From the NCBI RefSeq assembly GCF_001194135.2, contig NC_068982.1, positions 106,841,364 through 106,885,556 on the forward strand: a DNA stretch of 44,193 nt. Reading direction: 5' to 3'. The stretch's first letter is position 1; each line of letters starts with the position of its first letter. Positions 23,810 through 34,688 of this stretch are shown here, piece after piece. The DNA is from Octopus bimaculoides. Taxonomy: Eukaryota. Below the pieces are notes generated by a model. It had not been told where the DNA came from, made no database searches, and was given only the letters and a program-made list of their open reading frames with translations. The position numbers and the translations under genes were made by a program.

Positions 23810-26800
23810 ATATAAAGTTGCCTATGTTTCAAAGATTTGTGGTTTAAGGCTTATCAAATATTAAATATGTAGAGTATGTTGTTCTATATATATGTTTATT
23901 AAAGTACTTAACATTACATGTGGGACAAAAGTAGTTGTTGCAGTAAATGTAGCAATAGTAATGGAACACAAGTTAAAAGAATTTAAAATGAAATTAAGAT
24001 ATTTGGAGGGAGGTGGTGAGTTGTTGAAAACAAGTGGGGTTGACAGAAGGACATATGAAAGTTAAAAATTTTAAAAATTGACAAAGAGTGATATTTTCAA
24101 ATAATAAGATAAGAGAGGAGAAAACAAATAGAGAGACAGATAAAAGGGCAAACAAAGGAGAGAGAGAGAGAGAGAGAAATGACATTAATAGGATAGTGAA
24201 TTCATAATTTAAATGAAGAGGTATAAGTTGTTGCTTAAGATCAAGGTCATTAGGTTATCAATCTAAATTTTAACTGGACTGACATTATTCTAGGTCTGTT
24301 GTACTATAGCCCATACTAGAATTACTTGAGCGCATAGTGGGTCTATCAGAACAATAATAAAGGCTTATTATTGAATTCATAGTAAAATAGTATAAGCACA
24401 GGCATGGCTGTGTGGTAAGATTGCTTTCCAATAACAAGGTTCAGGGTTCAGTTTCAGTGTGTGGCATCTTGGGCAAGTGTCTTCTACTATAGCCCTGGTT
24501 TGACTGTCATATATATATGTGCATGCGCGTGCGTGCATGTGTGTATGTGTGCGTACATGCACATGTGTATATATGTATATGAGTATCTTAGTGTGTGTTT
24601 GTGTATGCTTGCCTTGACATCACATGATAGTTGTAAATGACTGTCACTGTCATACAAGCAGTGTCACTCATTTCCTATATACTGTAAGAACATGTCTGGC
24701 TATGGGGAAACTAAACATTACTTTGTTTAGAAACAGGTGAAGATTGATGACAGTAAAGACATCCAGCTGTAGGAAATCGGCTTCAATAAACTCTGTTTGA
24801 GCCATGCAAGCATGGAAAAGTGTTATGCTAAAATGATGATGATGGTGATGATAAGCATCAACATTTGAATTTTTAGAGCTATACATTTTTATAGTTAAGC
24901 TAACAAAATTAATAGTTATATTGATTGCATTTCTGGTTCCAAAACAGTAAATTTTGAATGAAATTAAAGATGATATTGGCATTGACTTTAAGGTTGATTT
25001 TAAAGTTAATTTTAAATTATATGTTTCTGTAGGTGCGTGGCCTAGTGATTAGGTTGTTGCACTCATGATCATTGGATCATGGGTTCAATTTCCTGATTGG
25101 ACAACGTATTGTGTTCTTGAGCAAAAACACTTTGTTTCATGTTGCTCCAGTCTTCCTTTCGATCGGTGGGGAATGTTAGTCTGCTTGCCTAACCAGCAGG
25201 GTGGCATCATTTGAAGGCTAAAACAATGTTAAAGTACATTGTGGCCAGCAATGTGTAACAACATTTTACAGCATGTTTGGTTATGTGATCATGTGACGTT
25301 TATGTGTAAATATTTGTATACAATGTACGTTGTTTAATAAATTTTGGATTCAAAGTTACTCTATGTAAGTAGGTTATAAGTAAGAGATAATTATTAATGA
25401 AAGACAGTATAGGTTGTAACTATAGTTATGAATTTTGAGGGATGTTTATCAGCAATGTGTAGCAAGTCGATTGATCATGTAGGAGCTCCTACTGTACAGA
25501 TATATAAAATTTGAAAGTATTGCATAATATGTCATAATGACATGAAAAGGCATAGCAGGCCATAAAATAATATAATACAATGTAATATGTTGTATATATG
25601 ATATTAATTAATAATGCAAAAGCTATGAATGGTCAGAATATAACATAGTGTAATAGTAATGAAAGTGGTGATAAAACACTATATAGTAGAATTATGGTAT
25701 GTTTGTGATAAATCAGATGTAAACAGATATAAACTTGAAAAGGAATTAGACAAATGTAGATATATGCATGCGTTTGCAAATGAATAATCTTGATGTTGCA
25801 TACAGGAATGCACATGTTTATATCAAATGGAGAGAAATATTGTGATAGAAAGTAATATAATATGAAGGCCAAAATGTAGGTTGCTTCCAAAAAGCAAATA
25901 TTCTATTACACACACACACATACACACACAGAGGCATGTCATAGCTCTGCATAGAGCTTAGTTGGGTGTACACAACAACAACAACAACAACACATGTTGC
26001 CAAAACATTGAACTCTCAGATAATTTACCCACTAATAGCAAAATAGAAGCAACCCACTGTTCTGAAGTGTAGTGGTTGTAAAATTGACATATTGCAGTAT
26101 TGAGTTGAAGTCCTTCTTTGGAATATCTTGACCCAGTCAGACTGATTTGTCTAAGGTAAACTTCATGAAGATGAAATCAACAGTAGAGCTTGGAAATGAT
26201 CCAGTGAGTTATGTTAAAAGTATTAAATTACTATAAGCCAAAGACAACATTCCAACGTTTAGAAAAAGTATAAAGAATGAAAAAAGATTTTATACATATT
26301 TACTTTATTGCTGAGTTCTGGGAAGTAAAAACTCTGGTATGGAAATGACTGATCATCAACAATGTGCCAATGGAACACATTGAATTTGTTCTGTGACATG
26401 ATTTCCTAAAATGGTAAATAAAAGAGAAGAAAAAAAAAATTATTTTCTTTACGAAAGTCATCATCATTATTGTTAACACCACTCCAACAAACTCCTATCA
26501 GCATCATTATTAGCATCATCATTTTCAGCAGCACAATGCTATGAGTATCATCATTGCTACTATCATCCAATTACTTATCAAGATCTTCATCCATATTTTC
26601 ATATGATTCTCTGATAATAACAATCAGATCAACTAAGAGAGCATTCTGAAGAACACAATAGGCTAGGGTTGAAAAATATGTCAATGTGACAGAAAAGATA
26701 GTTATAATGGCAAAAGAAATGGTTTTACCGAAGTTAGTAGACATGACAAAATCATGACACAATATCAACTACTCTTAAGATATTAAAGAGCAATAGTTAT

Positions 26801-29800
26801 ATCAATGATAGTTAACATTGTATAACAATTTTAAAGCATAGAGGCATCTTGTAACTGGGTTGATCCACATGACAGCATTCCTGCATTACAAAAACCTGCT
26901 CTTGTGTCTGTATCTCATCAAAAGAAATCAATACCTTATCACTACACTACATTCTAAGTTCATTTTGCCTTTCATCATTCCAGAGTTGATACCATTGAGT
27001 ACTAGTCAAGTACGGGGGTTAATTTAAGTGACTGATACTGGTATCACTCTGGTTTCTTCCAACAAGAGATTACATCTGAAAAGAGCAAATGTACTTTCTC
27101 AGTGGTTTACATGTGCTTTATAGGTGGACAGGGGTGTAAACTATAACAGCCATGGTATTCCTAAGAGGAACAGTGACCACAGCCTTGCAAGATATAATGA
27201 TAGAATGATACTACATGACATATCTATCATTGCATCTGATGCAAATGCAAATAACAGTTGATAGACATGATGATATGAGTGAAGTTGATAATGAGGATTG
27301 AAGATGATAATGATGATCTTAAGAATTTATAAACTATTTACAAAGTATATATAATCTATATATATAAAAATGAGAATGTGTGTCTGTCTGTCTGTCTGTC
27401 TGTGTCTGTCTGTCTGTCTGTGTCTGTCTCTGTCTGTCTGTCTGTGTGAATCCCTAAAACTCGAGAACTACGCAACCAATTTCATTCAAATTTTACACAT
27501 GCCTTACTTAGGGTTCCAGTTGTGTTTTAGTAAAAAAAAACTAGTTCGAGCACACGGCAACATAATATCTCCTCCACTATTTAAGTATTACGTGTCAAAA
27601 GTGAAACAAAAACACTCATGTCAAATACTTTCACTTTAAAAATGNNNNNNNNNNNNNNNNNNNNNNNNNNNNNNNNNNNNNNNNNNNNNNNNNNNNNNNN
27701 NNNNNNNNNNNNNNNNNNNNNNNNNNNNNNNNNNNNNNNNNNNNNNNNNNNNNNNNNNNNNNNNNNNNNNNNNNNNNNNNNNNNNNNNNNNNNNNNNNNN
27801 NNNNNNNNNNNNNNNNNNNNNNNNNNNNNNNNNNNNNNNNNNNNNNNNNNNNNNNNNNNNNNNNNNNNNNNNNNNNNNNNNNNNNNNNNNNNNNNNNNNN
27901 NNNNNNNNNNNNNNNNNNNNNNNNNNNNNNNNNNNNNNNNNNNNNNNNNNNNNNNNNNNNNNNNNNNNNNNNNNNNNNNNNNNNNNNNNNNNNNNNNNNN
28001 NNNNNNNNNNNNNNNNNNNNNNNNNNNNNNNNNNNNNNNNNNNNNNNNNNNNNNNNNNNNNNNNNNNNNNNNNNNNNNNNNNNNNNNNNNNNNNNNNNNN
28101 NNNNNNNNNNNNNNNNNNNNNNNNNNNNNNNNNNNNNNNNNNNNNNNNNNNNNNNNNNNNNNNNNNNNNNNNNNNNNNNNNNNNNNNNNNNNNNNNNNNN
28201 NNNNNNNNNNNNNNNNNNNNNNNNNNNNNNNNNNNNNNNNNNNNNNNNNNNNNNNNNNNNNNNNNNNNNNNNNNNNNNNNNNNNNNNNNNNNNNNNNNNN
28301 NNNNNNNNNNNNNNNNNNNNNNNNNNNNNNNNNNNNNNNNNNNNNNNNNNNNNNNNNNNNNNNNNNNNNNNNNNNNNNNNNNNNNNNNNNNNNNNNNNNN
28401 NNNNNNNNNNNNNNNNNNNNNNNNNNNNNNNNNNNNNNNNNNNNNNNNNNNNNNNNNNNNNNNNNNNNNNNNNNNNNNNNNNNNNNNNNNNNNNNNNNNN
28501 NNNNNNNNNNNNNNNNNNNNNNNNNNNNNNNNNNNNNNNNNNNNNNNNNNNNNNNNNNNNNNNNNNNNNNNNNNNNNNNTCTGTAGCTGGTCTTCTCTTG
28601 GAAGAGCCCTGCTTCTCACATGGACAACTGTATGTTGGCTGCTCAAGAGTGGGCAGCAACAAAAAACCTATTTGTATATGCTCCACAAGGGAAAACAAGG
28701 AACATAGTTTACAATGAGGTGTTATAATCACAACAGCAAGAAAGTATGTACATGATCACCTTTTACGAAACTTCATTGACTTTCATATATTTATATTGAT
28801 ATACATATATATACGTGTGTTTGGGTGCGTGTGTGTATATACATCTCTATATATAAAGATGATGCGTAGTCTAGACGGCGTTTTTAGATTTCATTATTCT
28901 CTTTAACCCGGGCAACGCCGGGTATTTCTGCTAGTTTATAATATATATGTTATAGAAATAAATTATGATCAAACTGTAACAGATTTCCTTCACCTACCTG
29001 TTATGAAAAGTTTTAAAACTAAATAATAAACAAGATATATTAGATTGATAAAAGATAATATTGGAATTAATACTGGAAGGAAAGTAACACATACTACTTA
29101 ACAAAATGTCAGTTTCCTTACCAGGTTTTCAAGGATTTTTTCTTTAGTAAGAAAATGTCTTGATGTATCAAGCAGAATACCTCTGTGCTTAAACCTGGGT
29201 TTATCTTCTACTACGGTTTCGTTGATGAGATACTACAGAGAAAAATAAAAAATAAAAAATATCAGTGAAACAGTAAATGCAAATAGCAGCAACGAATGAT
29301 CAGTTAATCTACCCCATTCTGCAGCAGCTATCCCCAGCTCTTACAGACATATGAGAATAAACCAAACAGTGAAGAAGTGCAAGAGGATATCTAGAAAGTT
29401 ATGTCTCAGCCCATATAATTCATCATTGCATGCAGGAATAATTTAATATGGTCCATGGCCAGGCAGAGACATATTACCATATAAGATGGATTCATGGATC
29501 ACATCTAACTATTCAACTGATTACTTGTGTGCCATGGAACTGCTCAATCTGGGGCTGCAACAGAAAATACAATCAATGTAGAGCTTCTATGTAGTGCTCA
29601 GCCCTGATAGAAATAGTGTCCAAATTTTCTTCAAACTTCTGGAAGAAAAGACAGTGTAGTCATGGCTAGAATGGATTTTGATCACAGGCAGTTCTGTTCT
29701 CTTTGGGTTGATCTAGGGCTAAACAGCAAAAACACATAGCTAAATAATGACCAATGTTTTACCAGCTTTTAATCACAACCTGTCATTGATGACAAACCAA

Positions 29801-32072
29801 GTTTGGTGTTATCATTCCATCAAACTTGCATTTTTAACGCCCTCGTACTAGTCATTGACATTATTTGAGTGCAGATGTCAATGATAGCTCTATATTTCTG
29901 GGATCCGAAATGAGCAAAGATCAAGAATGTAAAAGCAAATTAAGAAGACAATTGGAATTAGTTTGAAATACTGTCTGGGTTGGTACCTTTATAGGAAATC
30001 CAAGGCTTTGAATATGTTAATTTTCTCTTTTGTGTTGCCCACCTGTGTGACTTAGACACTTTACACAGTTGATAGAATAAAAATGCCTTCAAAATGTGTT
30101 TGTTAGTGTAGCAAGTATTATGTCCCAATATGTTTTAATCAAAACTTCAATACTTTAAAAATATATCCAGGAATTGGAAAGGATATATTTTTTGGAATAG
30201 TATCGATGAGTAAGAAATAGATGATTAATATAAAATGTGTAAAATTCTTGAGTATGTACATAACAAAACTGGTCATTCAGCAATAAAATGTGTTGATAAT
30301 TTATCTTTCAAACAGGCTTCACAAGTTACAAATATTTCAAGTGTATATGAATCACATGTAGGAACTTCAGTAAGTAACTGGAGAACCTTAGCATCATTTA
30401 GGCCAACATTCTTGAACTTTGGTTCCTTCTTGTTTTTGCATTCATTTAAAAAATTCTTTTAATTTTTAAATTATATTTTTTTGTTCTTCAATTTGGTTTT
30501 CAAGCTTATCCTTACATATGGTCGTGAATGTTGGATAATAAAGCAAGAGTATGATTGTAAATACATACAGCTGTAATGGGGTTCCTCTGAAGGATTTCAA
30601 GAGTAACATTACTTGACAAGGTGCATAGCTCAGGTTGTGGAGAAGTAGCAGGTTGAGCTGCTACTTTTCCACATTGAGAAATCACAGCTCTGGTACTATA
30701 GACATGTGATTAGAATGCTGCAGGAAAGTATTGCAAGATGGATTCTTCAAGCCAAACCAACCAGCAGGAGACCTGGGAGTAGGTCAAGAATGAAATGATT
30801 GGATAACATCCATAATCTCAGTTGGTCAGGCTTGGGGGATATACTGGAATATCTAATGACAGTTGCTTCCAATAAGACCCTATGGAATTGTAGCTTGAGG
30901 ACAGCTATCCCAACAACCATCCAAAGAATAGTGGGCAAAGAAGATGAATGCATTTCATTCTTCATTTTTTACTTAATCATTTTTCTTCCTTTGTTTTCTT
31001 CATGATTTTGAATTTTCTTTGTAGCAAGTAAAATATTTATCCTCTAGTAAAAGTATGTCCTTAACATAACTAAGACCACATCTCAAAGATTGGCCTTTCT
31101 CTTTAGGGCCAGAAAATAGTTTAGTCTCAACAATTACAGACACTCAACAAAGCTCATGTGAGGCCTACTATGGAATACTGCTTTTATATCTAGGATGGTA
31201 CTGCTGTTGCACACACAAAGAAAGACCATTCAAATAACTGGCATAAAGTGACTCACAGACATGCTCTAGCCACTGTCCCGCAGACAGGTTATCTCTTCTA
31301 CTGCGTTTTCTCCACAGCTAAAATAGCCTCTACTCCTCAGAGATGATTGGTCTCAGGCACTGCTGACTCACTTGTCCCACTTCTTTTCATCACTTACACT
31401 GTGTTCTATCCCATCAAACTTAACACTAATCAGTGTCCCTAGTCTTTTCTCCCAAAAAATTATCATCTCCCAGAACCTCTACGTCTTTCCTGCAGATGTT
31501 GACTTGCAACAGTTTGAACAAAATGTCATCTACATTGATCCCACAAGCCTGCAGATGCCATGGTCACATATCCTTCCTCAAGTCTCAACAAGTGAAAAAA
31601 ATTAAAAAAATTAAAATATATAAAAAAAATCTCCTGAGATTTGTAATCTCTCAAACAAATGCTGTAGTCAACATTTTGTAGATTTGGAGAAGGTATTTCA
31701 GTAAGATGTTTCAACTGTAAAAACAATATCAAAAACAGAATATTACAATATATGACATTATGAATCAGGCCCAGTAGGCCTATCATATCTCTAACCTTAA
31801 TCTGAATCACACCAAGTGATTGGGTACCTGGAGAAGGATGACATCACTAGCAAAGTTATTTAACAAATTCTTGGATTAATATACTATCATTCGTCATTTG
31901 TTCATGATAAAAGTATTTAAATGAATAATTCTGAAATAAATTATTACTTCACTTACCATTCCACTTTCAGTTTCATATACAAGTTGGCTAAATGTTTCCA
32001 AGCCATGGAGTGCACCCCAAACAGTAGAAGCAACTAATGTTGATGCACCATTAGCTTTGATCACAAGCAGAT
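5824..32072 (-). CDS. HEXB: Beta-hexosaminidase (GH20, HEXA/HEXB-like), 5'-incomplete, 11 exons: join(31957-32072,29122-29232,26304-26405,20789-20897,18386-18590,16684-16770,14482-14554,14146-14317,10609-10699,7786-7890,5824-5878)
   Basis: Manual splicing gives an uninterrupted ORF with GH20 motifs [61 protein letters not shown] (catalytic D-E), [29 protein letters not shown]. All junctions are GT-AG and phase-compatible. Several exon lengths (111,102,87,73,91,105) equal those I recall for human HEXA exons 5,6,9,10,12,13. The symbol means co-orthologue of vertebrate HEXA/HEXB. Confidence 0.96.
6601..6805 (+). mobile_element. SINE 3' part with (ATG)n tail (family also at 8240, 13783, 18725, 35385, 38835)
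   Basis: Shared motif gtggtt.gcgttaggaagggcatccagctgtagaaactctgcca...ccaacccatgctagcatggaaagc..gttaaacgatgatgatg. Near-identical to 38835-38998. Confidence 0.8.
7380..7550 (-). mobile_element. Old Nin/Deu-like SINE copy
   Basis: Reverse complement gives ttcaaatcttgtcaagatcacctttgcttttcactcttgaggttggtaaaatgaagtgccag, a diverged version of the core at 105-410. Confidence 0.55.
7786..7890 (-). CDS. HEXB: Hexosaminidase exon (human exon 13 equivalent), 105 nt
   Basis: tacag|G CCA AGA...TTA AA|gtaaga; [34 protein letters not shown](K). Confidence 0.96.
8597..9215 (+). mobile_element. RTE-clade LINE reverse-transcriptase fragment
   Basis: [80 protein letters not shown]. Confidence 0.9.
9790..10298 (+). 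mobile_element. LTR-like repeat (TG...CA, AATAAA) followed by a terminal hairpin; copy 1
   Basis: Shares gagatctcgcc..caaccat, atttaagga, gctcacag.gga, tctccaga, aataaac..ttgaatt and aca-gaa.ataattataatgg.agaaggagatac with 23199-23655. Class uncertain. Confidence 0.6.
10609..10699 (-). CDS. HEXB: Hexosaminidase exon (human exon 12 equivalent), 91 nt
   Basis: catag|GT TCT...CTT TG|gtaggt; [29 protein letters not shown](W). Confidence 0.96.
10829..10964. repeat. Compound tetranucleotide array (CGGT)n-(CCAG)n-(CCTG)n-(CTGT)n
   Basis: Directly visible. Confidence 0.95.
11331..11940 (+). mobile_element. RTE-clade LINE RT fragment (same family as 8597-9215)
   Basis: [10 protein letters not shown]...AIQAIYKG...[22 protein letters not shown]...LKVN. 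Confidence 0.8.
11951..12815 (-). mobile_element. 5'-truncated mariner transposon (cecropia/Hsmar1-like) with TA + TIR
   Basis: [17 protein letters not shown]...[34 protein letters not shown] / [35 protein letters not shown] ttgggttggcatgaaagtaatttcggtt follows TA at 11949-11950. Frameshifted. Confidence 0.93.
13783..13900 (-). mobile_element. SINE 3' fragment (ATG-tail family), antisense copy
   Basis: (cat)n followed by ggctggatgcccttcctgatgccaaccact, the reverse complement of the 6601 family core. Confidence 0.7.
14146..14317 (-). CDS. HEXB: Hexosaminidase exon (human exon 11 equivalent), 172 nt
   Basis: ttcag|GTT CAA...TCT G|gtaagg; [57 protein letters not shown](G). Confidence 0.96.
14482..14554 (-). 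CDS. HEXB: Hexosaminidase exon (human exon 10 equivalent), 73 nt
   Basis: tacag|A TTA TTA GAC...ACA|gtttgt; [24 protein letters not shown]. Confidence 0.94.
14744..14788. repeat. (CA)n microsatellite
   Basis: Directly visible. Confidence 0.95.
16684..16770 (-). CDS. HEXB: Hexosaminidase exon (human exon 9 equivalent), 87 nt
   Basis: tatag|G AAA AGC AAT CCT...GAG AA|gtaagt; [28 protein letters not shown](K). Confidence 0.95.
17240..17640 (-). mobile_element. Mariner transposase C-terminal remnant with TIR
   Basis: [43 protein letters not shown]. The end tgtgaggattggttgaaaaattca is TIR-like. Confidence 0.8.
17751..18070 (+). mobile_element. RTE LINE 3' remnant with an exact 38-bp tandem duplication at its left edge (17751-17826)
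   Basis: Homologous to 30575-30930 (atggggttcctct..ggat...acttgacaa...aaaccaac.agcag.agacct). The unit atgaaatgatatatagtaaaatggggttcctctacagg occurs twice. Confidence 0.7.
18386..18590 (-). CDS. HEXB: Hexosaminidase catalytic exon (end of human exon 7 + exon 8), 205 nt
   Basis: tttag|GC CAT...TGT TG|gtaagt; [67 protein letters not shown](W). Confidence 0.97.
18725..18905 (-). mobile_element. SINE 3' fragment (ATG-tail family), antisense copy
   Basis: (cat)n ttaatgtctatgttccatgctggcat...cccttcctaacaccaatcactttacagagtg. Confidence 0.7.
20789..20897 (-). CDS. HEXB: Hexosaminidase exon (most of human exon 7), 109 nt
   Basis: aacag|GGA...CCA G|gtacgt; [36 protein letters not shown](G). Confidence 0.96.
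20966..21410 (+). mobile_element. Two head-to-tail Nin/Deu-like SINEs following a (TTA)n tract
   Basis: Both start ggtgatgaactgg.agaat.att and carry gagttcaaatactgc.gaggtcaactttgcctttcatccttt. Confidence 0.85.
21405..22785 (-). mobile_element. R4/Dong-like non-LTR retrotransposon (RLE type), 5'-truncated
   Basis: Minus-strand remnants in the expected order: [90 protein letters not shown]. Bounded by TAA-type repeats. Confidence 0.8.
22836..23050 (+). mobile_element. Nin/Deu-like SINE
   Basis: gctagcagaatcgtta...gttcaaattccgctgaggtcaactttacctttcatcctttcaggg...ggccttgtgccaaaatttgaa. Confidence 0.8.
23199..23655 (+). mobile_element. LTR-like repeat + terminal hairpin; copy 2
   Basis: Diverged homologue of 9790-10298 (see there). 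Confidence 0.6.
23742..23808. repeat. (TG)n microsatellite
   Basis: Directly visible. Confidence 0.95.
24396..24850 (+). mobile_element. tRNA-headed SINE with CORE-like segment, internal (TG/TA) repeat and (ATG)n tail
   Basis: gcatggctgtgtggtaag...ttcagggttcagtt..ttgggcaagtgtcttctactatagcc...gacatccagctgtag...atgatgatg. An antisense relative lies at 32270-32570. Confidence 0.75.
25031..25270 (+). mobile_element. tRNA-headed SINE (second family)
   Basis: gtggcctagtgattagg...gggttcaatttcc...cttgagcaa..cactt..tttcatgttgctccagt. An antisense relative lies at 36480-36750. Confidence 0.7.
26304..26405 (-). CDS. HEXB: Hexosaminidase exon (human exon 6 equivalent), 102 nt
   Basis: tttag|GAA...AAA|gtaaat; [34 protein letters not shown]. 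Confidence 0.96.
27355..28934 (+). mobile_element. Helitron (probably non-autonomous) with both termini, spanning an assembly gap
   Basis: 5' A|TCTATATATATAAAA. 3' hairpin acccgggcaacgccgggt (28906-28923), then CTAG|T (28931-28934), i.e. inserted at an AT site. After the gap it encodes the RepHel helicase tail [24 protein letters not shown]..(+1 frameshift)..[19 protein letters not shown]. Internal (GTCT)n near the 5' end. Confidence 0.92.
27645..28580. other. Assembly gap (936 N)
   Basis: Run of n. Confidence 1.
29122..29232 (-). CDS. HEXB: Hexosaminidase exon (human exon 5 equivalent), 111 nt
   Basis: tgtag|TAT...CTG|gtaagg; [37 protein letters not shown]. Confidence 0.96.
30575..30930 (+). 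mobile_element. RTE LINE 3' remnant
   Basis: [58 protein letters not shown]. Confidence 0.75.
31130..31545 (+). mobile_element. CR1/L2-group LINE 3' remnant
   Basis: [18 protein letters not shown]...[13 protein letters not shown] matches the LYKAQ.RP.LEYC..IW and VFP..Y.L..F tail of CR1/L2-type ORF2. Confidence 0.6.
31957..32072 (-). CDS. HEXB: Hexosaminidase exon (equivalent to human exons 3+4 fused), 116 nt
   Basis: tttag|AT CTG CTT...GGA ATG|gtaagt; (Y)[38 protein letters not shown]. Confidence 0.95.
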
Positions 32073-32269
32073 CTAAATAATAAAAATAGATTTTCAACAA
32101 ATTTTTTAAACTTTAAAATGTGTGCATATATATGTCTGTACATGTATGTGTGTGTTTGTGTCTTGCATGTGTGTGTGTGGGTAATCACCAAACCCACAAG
32201 AACTAGAACACTTCTTTAATATTACGTATTTTATTTTGTTTGAATTTGATCATTCTCAGAGTATATTTT

Positions 32270-32570
32270 AAACCTAATACTTGTTGTCAAGTGGTGGTGG
32301 ATGACAAACACAAATGCAATGACACACACAAAGATAGATATATACATACACACACACATACATACATACATATATATGTGTATGTGCATGTGTTTTACAC
32401 ACATACACACTAACAATATGATTCTTTCAATTTCAATCTACCAAATCCTATCACAAGGCTTTGGTCAGTTCAGGGTTATAGTAAGAGACACTTGCTCAAG
32501 GTGCCACACAGTAGGACTGAACCTGGAACAAAGTGCTTGGGAAGCAAACTTCTTACTATACAACCATGTT
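32270..32570 (-). mobile_element. tRNA-headed SINE, antisense copy of the 24396 family
   Basis: gggttatagtaagagacacttgctcaaggtgccacacagtaggactgaacc is the reverse complement of the head/core. Confidence 0.7.
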
Positions 32571-34512
32571 GTTAATTTTACCACATGTTTTTAGTACATG
32601 TCATTCAGATGAAGTAGAAAGTGTTCCTTGTTGCTTGCTGTGGAAATGTTATCAATAACACCACTTAATCAGTGTATGATGATGTGACTGCAATATCTCT
32701 GTTAGAATAACAAGGGCAGCCAAAAAATTTGTCACACGGAAGAGGAGGAATGCAATAAGGTAATGAAGCCAATGTACATGAATAGCATGAGAACTAAATG
32801 AAAGTAGCTAAATAGAGCATGTTATGGAAGATGGTTATGAGTCTACCTGAGAGTGATGTATGATGTGTTTCTAAATTCAACCATTATTTGAAAGAAAGGC
32901 TGAATCAACACTACTTATTGTCACCAATATGATGGTTGTGCATCATTGGAAAATGTTTTGGTAACATGCAAATCATTCATTGCAGAGTATGCCTATTGCC
33001 ATAACCAAGTTGTGAGTATCCATACTTATGTACCAAACAACAATGCAGTCAAACACAAAGTTGCATCTTGTTTTTCAGATGGAAGCATAGAAAGGACAAA
33101 GAACAAACAAAGAAAGGTTGCTTATGAGTGAACGGTGCAGGGAAATTTGAAGGAAGCATTCATGCTCCTAAACCATACTGCAATAATAAAGGAACATCTT
33201 GACATTTTGGTTTTGTCTAACTTTACAAACAAGTTCTAATTGCTGAGTTAATGGTGAATTGGATAAGCATTATGAAGAAAGCACAGGAAAGGAAGAGCCT
33301 AAAAATATAAAAGAATTAGAGAATCATGTGAGGCATTCGGATGGCAGTGTATAATGCTTCCAGTAGAAGTGGGTTATCATGGGCTTGTGGTTAGACCTAT
33401 AATGTCTTACCTGGCTGGTAGTGAACTTACGAACAAAGAAACAATACATGAACTGAAGAGAGAAGCAGAAAATGTTCTATCATAAATGTGGTTGAGACAT
33501 GTGAAAGAGGGAACAAAATTGAGAGCAAATAACATATTTTCTGTGAATGAAGTAATTCCTGTATAGCTGGAGTGGTTATCTAGATTCTTGTGGTGTCTGC
33601 ATGGATGACAGAGGGAAAAGCAAACTACAGAATGGGCTAAAAGAACTCACACATCACCTGATAGCATCAATGCTAATAATAAGTACCACTTGTAGGGATG
33701 ATGCTGTCAGAAAGTACTGACATTGTGATTATCTCCAACAAATAACTGATGAAGGGTGTGAAATATTGTGGTGAAACATCCACTGATATATTTTTTCAAT
33801 TTTATTATTATTAGGAAGAATGCAGCAGCCATGACCCTTTACAAGGCCTCCAAGCTTGGTGGAAAGGAGGGAGGAAGTTCTCAAATCAGAGATCTGGTGA
33901 GAATGCTTGCAACAGAGATGAGACTGCTAAAGACATCAAAGTTACCAGATGGTGGTGTTAGACAAGGTGATGAATAAAGTCTACCATCTATGTAGGCCAG
34001 GATACAATCTCAACTCAGAACATAAAGCACCAGAACAAACACCACAAGGCATCTATTTTCATTTTCTTATAGTTCCACCAATCCACTATCTTGGATTAAT
34101 ACTGTTTATTGACTCTGAAAAGATGAAAGGCAAAGTTGATCTTGGTGGCATTTAAATTCAGAATGAATATAGGATGGAACATTTAAATTCAGAATGAATA
34201 TAGGATGGAACAAGTATCACAAGACATTCTAATAAATGTATTAATCACTCTGCTAATTTGCCTTTTATGTAATTAACTTGTAAATTACATACCATCATAT
34301 GATCTAATGAAAACTGAAACAATGGCTTGATGTCCTATAATATGACTTTCTACAATGTGAGAAATCATATTCACCAATGTACCAAAAATCCAAGTCATAA
34401 AACTATTTTGATTATTTAAAAAAAGTTTTTGTTCTTTTAATTTAATAACTCATCATAGAATATAAAAATAATTAAAATACATAAGTATATAAAATTTTAA
34501 AATCTACAGCAA

Positions 34513-34688
34513 ATAGAATGCTACAAATAAGATGATATTTTTTGGAATGCAAAATTGCCATTAGAACAGTAGAGATACTGGGTAAATTACCCTTATAAAG
34601 CAGAAAAATGTGTCAGCAACCAGCCATGGGACAGCTGTTCTAATGGCAATTCTGCATTCAGAAAAATATCTTATTTGTATCATTCTAT
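34513..34688. repeat. Imperfect inverted repeat (arms 34513-34569 and 34635-34688)
   Basis: atagaatgctacaaataagatgatattttttggaatgcaaaattgccattagaacag versus ctgttctaatggcaattctgcattcagaaaaatatcttatttgtatcattctat: about 4 mismatches and a 3-nt indel. Confidence 0.9.

Noticed and set aside
27618-28731. Three long ORFs (322-366 aa) in the supplied track
   Set aside because: They are almost all X from the 936-N gap. The real coding signal there is the Helitron helicase tail in another frame.
32640-33990. Faint RT-like words (e.g. GGVRQGD) and a similar region at 19250-19800
   Set aside because: Probably very old RTE debris, but too degraded to assign boundaries or family.
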